The position numbers and the translations under genes are program-made. A model generated the notes under the pieces. The model saw only the letters and a program-made list of their open reading frames with translations, was not told the origin of the DNA and made no database searches. A stretch of 62,989 nucleotides of DNA, counting the filler, from Choristocarpus tenellus KU-1152 (lineage: Eukaryota > Protista > Phaeophyceae), in NCBI GenBank assembly GCA_964200185.2. It is 6 parts of 6 records of this genome, joined end to end, with 100 filler letters (N's around TTAATTAATTAA, not from the genome) between each part and the next. Parts side by side here need not be neighbours in the genome. Positions count along the whole stretch, not along the records: positions 59,173 to 62,989 come from CAXNAD020017758.1; 5 more parts are not named here. One strand, 5' to 3'. This document shows positions 60,112 through 62,989 of the stretch, in pieces; position 1 is the stretch's first letter; every line of letters begins with the position of its first letter.

Positions 60112-62847
60112 CTAAGGGCCTCTCTGAGTCTCTTGACCCTTGAAGACAGCTCTGGCAAGACTGTCAACATCTCGTCCACTTGCTGGGTGGGGTATAACCA
60201 TCACATGATCAGAGTCAACAAAATTATACACACATAAGCACATAATACATACATACATACAAAAGGGGAGGCTGTTGATTAAACTTGCAAAATAGTGAGA
60301 ATACATTTTTATTATTAGCCTTTTCCCACGTTAGTATGGAGAGAGATCAGGGGGAAAGTCGCTACACATCAAATAGGAATAAGAACAATAAGATTTAAAA
60401 GGTGAATTAAAAAAAAAAACTACTACCACCACTAGTATAAATAAATAATGACTTTAACAATAAAAAGAGCAAGCTGGTCAGGTCAAGAAACGTAAAGATT
60501 ATGTCCACTTCAATCTATCCATAATCATGGGGAAAAAATCCTTCTGAAAGTAACTAGTGGGTTCCTCCCTGCAGGCAAGGGGAAAGGGTTCTACAGAATC
60601 CTGAAGATGTGCATGTGTCCTGTGGTTGAATGTTGTGTCAATAACATTTAAATAAATAAAATACAACCTCTTCCCGCCATGTGTAATGCAATTTTGATAT
60701 AATTTTGATACAGTGTAGTCTAATCTAATCTACTATAATATTTGTAACATTTTCAATATTGTATCATCTAAGTGTGACACATCTCTGGGCAGCAATGTTG
60801 GTTGAGGACAAAAAATTTAAGAGACCAGTAAAACCCAATCAACCAATCAATCAACCAATCAACTACCATTCCAAATTTCAACCCAAATACAATGTCGCCA
60901 TTCACAACAGAGACAGACTAAAGAAAGAAAATACACACATACACACACACACACACACACATGAGAACCAAATAGTAGCCTGGTATGGTATTTGCAAGAT
61001 ATAACATTGACATTCACCTTGGATGGGTCTGGAACGGGCAACGAGACATCATCAACTTTCATCTCCACGATGAGGCGTGTTGGGGTTGCAAATTTAGAGA
61101 GATACTCCGCCTGAATGGCATCCATACCACATAGATCACCTGCAAGGCGACGCATGACCCGGCATAACACAACATAACACAGGAGTCATCTTGAAGCAAC
61201 GCGTCACTGACTCCTCTTCCAAAACTGTTACAAAATAAAAGAAATATAACTATAGATCATAACACAACATAACATAACATAACACAAGAGTCATCTTGAA
61301 GCAACCCGCCACTGACTCCTCTTCCAAAACTGTTACAAAATAAAAAGAATTATAACTATAGATCCTAACACAACATAACACAACGTAACATAACATAACA
61401 CAAGAGTCATCTTGAAACAAAGCGCCACTGACTCCTCTTTCGAAACTGTTACAAAATAAAAAAGAAATATAACTATAGATCATAACACAACATAACATAA
61501 CAGAACACAAGAGTCATCTTGAAACAAAGCGCCACTGACTCCTCTTTCGAAACTGTTACAAAATAAAAAGAAATATAACTATAGATCATAACACAACATA
61601 ACATAACATAACATAACACAAGAGTCATCTTGAAACAAAGCGCCACTGACTCCTCTTTCAAAACTGTTACAAAATAAAAAGAAATATAACTATAGATCAC
61701 AACAGTAGAGAAGTTGTAGAAGCAACATTAATATTAGTATCAGTATCAATAGTGGCTCTTAGAATGTACTTGTGTTCTCACTTTGCTCACAATTTCTTTT
61801 TTTAAAGATGAATGATGGGATGGGATGGGATGGGTAGCACATCAAGTCATGGGGCACTGCAAGGAAGAGGTCTTAGAGACGAAAGCAGAAAGGTGTACAT
61901 CATGCCTAAGGCACAAGCTCTGTACTACTCACTCAACTTAGTAGGTGTATCTTTATCTTTAAAAAAATGTAAACTTCTTTGATGCCGATGAGACACATCA
62001 CATCTTATTTTTACAGTTACAGCTAACAGATAAATAAAACAAAAACGATACAATAACAGTAACAATAATAATAATAATAAACTCTTTTTATTGCATGGGA
62101 AGGGTTAGGAATAGAGTCAAAGTACCCAAGGGAGGGATACTACTGAGTTGTGAGGACCCCTCTGACTTTCTGGTGGTAACCGTTTTTTTTTTCCTGTTTG
62201 GTCAGTACAGTCAGTTTTCTCAAGTAACTTATCTCTCCGTATATCTTCATCTCCTTTAAACAAAGACTAAGGGAGTCAAAACATACACCCCTCTCCATTA
62301 CTTCGACACATACATCAACTGCCAATAGTAGTCACATCCTCTCACATCATCTCGCATCATCCCGCATCATCTCCTTGTGCTTGTTGCACTGTTTCCTCCT
62401 TATCTCCCACTTCACAATACATGAAAAAAAAAGTTATTTTTATTATAATTACATTACACATTTTATATTTTTATCTCTAAAAAGCACAACCCCAACCATG
62501 ATACGAAGATCGAACCCTAGCCCTAGCCCTAGCCCTAGATAAAACACGCTACAACAGTTACAAACGTTACAAAACGGTTACAGGTGATATATATGAGATA
62601 GTATGACACTAACAATACTTCAAAAACACTAACGTGAGGTGTCGTGAGCCCAAAGCGGCAGAAGCAGCTCACTGGACACGCCTTCCAATGCTGACCCCAC
62701 AACAACCCCCAACCGACCAGGGACAGCCATGGACGGAACAGAGAGGGGGGATTGAAGGACTAGAGATCCAGCATCGATCTCAAGGGGGTGCATGACAAGC
62801 GGGCTCACGATTGGACGGGACTCAAAGAGGTCTGGGTGGTTACACAC
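60112..62847 (-). CDS. SWR1: Partial SWR1/SRCAP/PIE1-type Snf2 chromatin-remodelling ATPase (VCNHPDLFE motif and start of the long insertion that splits the ATPase)
   Basis: Exon 62847-62634 starts VCNHPDLFESRPIVSP, the (LRK)VCNHPDLFE.RPI.SP signature of the SWR1 subfamily. Phase-consistent downstream exons are 61139-61018 (DLCGMDAIQAEYLSKFATPTRLIVEMKVDDVSLPVPDPSK) and 60182-60112 (QVDEMLTVLPELSSRVKRLREAL). The rest of the gene lies outside the contig or window. Confidence 0.8.
61163..61700. repeat. Minisatellite, 5 units of about 105-116 bp, in a SWR1 intron
   Basis: Core GAGTCATCTTGAA..CACTGACTCCTCTT..AAACTGTTACAAAATAAAA..TATAACTATAGATC at 61183, 61288, 61404, 61511 and 61622, separated by variable (AACAT/AACAC)n. 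Confidence 0.9.
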
Positions 62848-62989
62848 CTGAAGAAGGAGGTGAGGCATTGGTCACGGTGTTGGGAAAGGGTTAGGGGGAA
62901 AGGGAGATGAGGGGGAAGGGGGGAAGGGAGATGGGGGGGGGGGGGGGGGGGGGGGGGGGAGAAGGAGAGAAAGGGGGGGGGGGGGGGGG

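Noticed and set aside
61163-61700. Repeat-spacer pattern resembling a CRISPR array
   Set aside because: The repeats are about 77 bp, the spacers are (AACAT/AACAC)n rather than unique sequence, there are no cas genes, and the array lies in a eukaryotic intron.
62140-62325. 61-aa minus ORF inside the SWR1 region as an extra exon
   Set aside because: The flanking exons already join in phase (62634>61139) and no convincing donor was found; cannot be excluded without RNA-seq.

Overview
Eukaryotic, intron-rich genomic DNA made of six contigs joined by artificial 100-nt linkers (44 N + TTAATTAATTAA + 44 N at 29311, 38081, 45246, 55165 and 59073). Adjacency across the linkers is not evidence of synteny. 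Gene style, TTAGGG tracts and the LINE and Pmp-like families suggest a brown alga or related stramenopile; this is inference only. Most ORFs in the supplied track are spurious or are single exons. Splicing by hand gives five gene models. (1) A complete 28-exon + strand gene (2427-27946, 4605 nt CDS, about 1534 aa): signal peptide, about 17 GG[A/G/V/F/S]x plus FxxN Pmp-like beta-helix repeats, a Cys-rich stalk and about 9 TM helices. It includes a 23-nt micro-exon and a GC-AG intron. (2) The 3' end of an RGG/polyQ low-complexity protein ending in RPY*. (3) A partial - strand PUB-domain gene with a UIM-like motif. (4) Part of a SWR1/SRCAP remodeller on the - strand. (5) A small spliced fragment with an in-frame TGA in a C-G-T-[TGA] context. 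Repeats include three MITE families with related termini, a long foldback, Tc1-like and RTE-LINE remnants, other dispersed and tandem repeats, and an intronic minisatellite. I found no prokaryotic system, CRISPR array, rRNA or intact tRNA. No searches were run; family assignments come from motif recognition.
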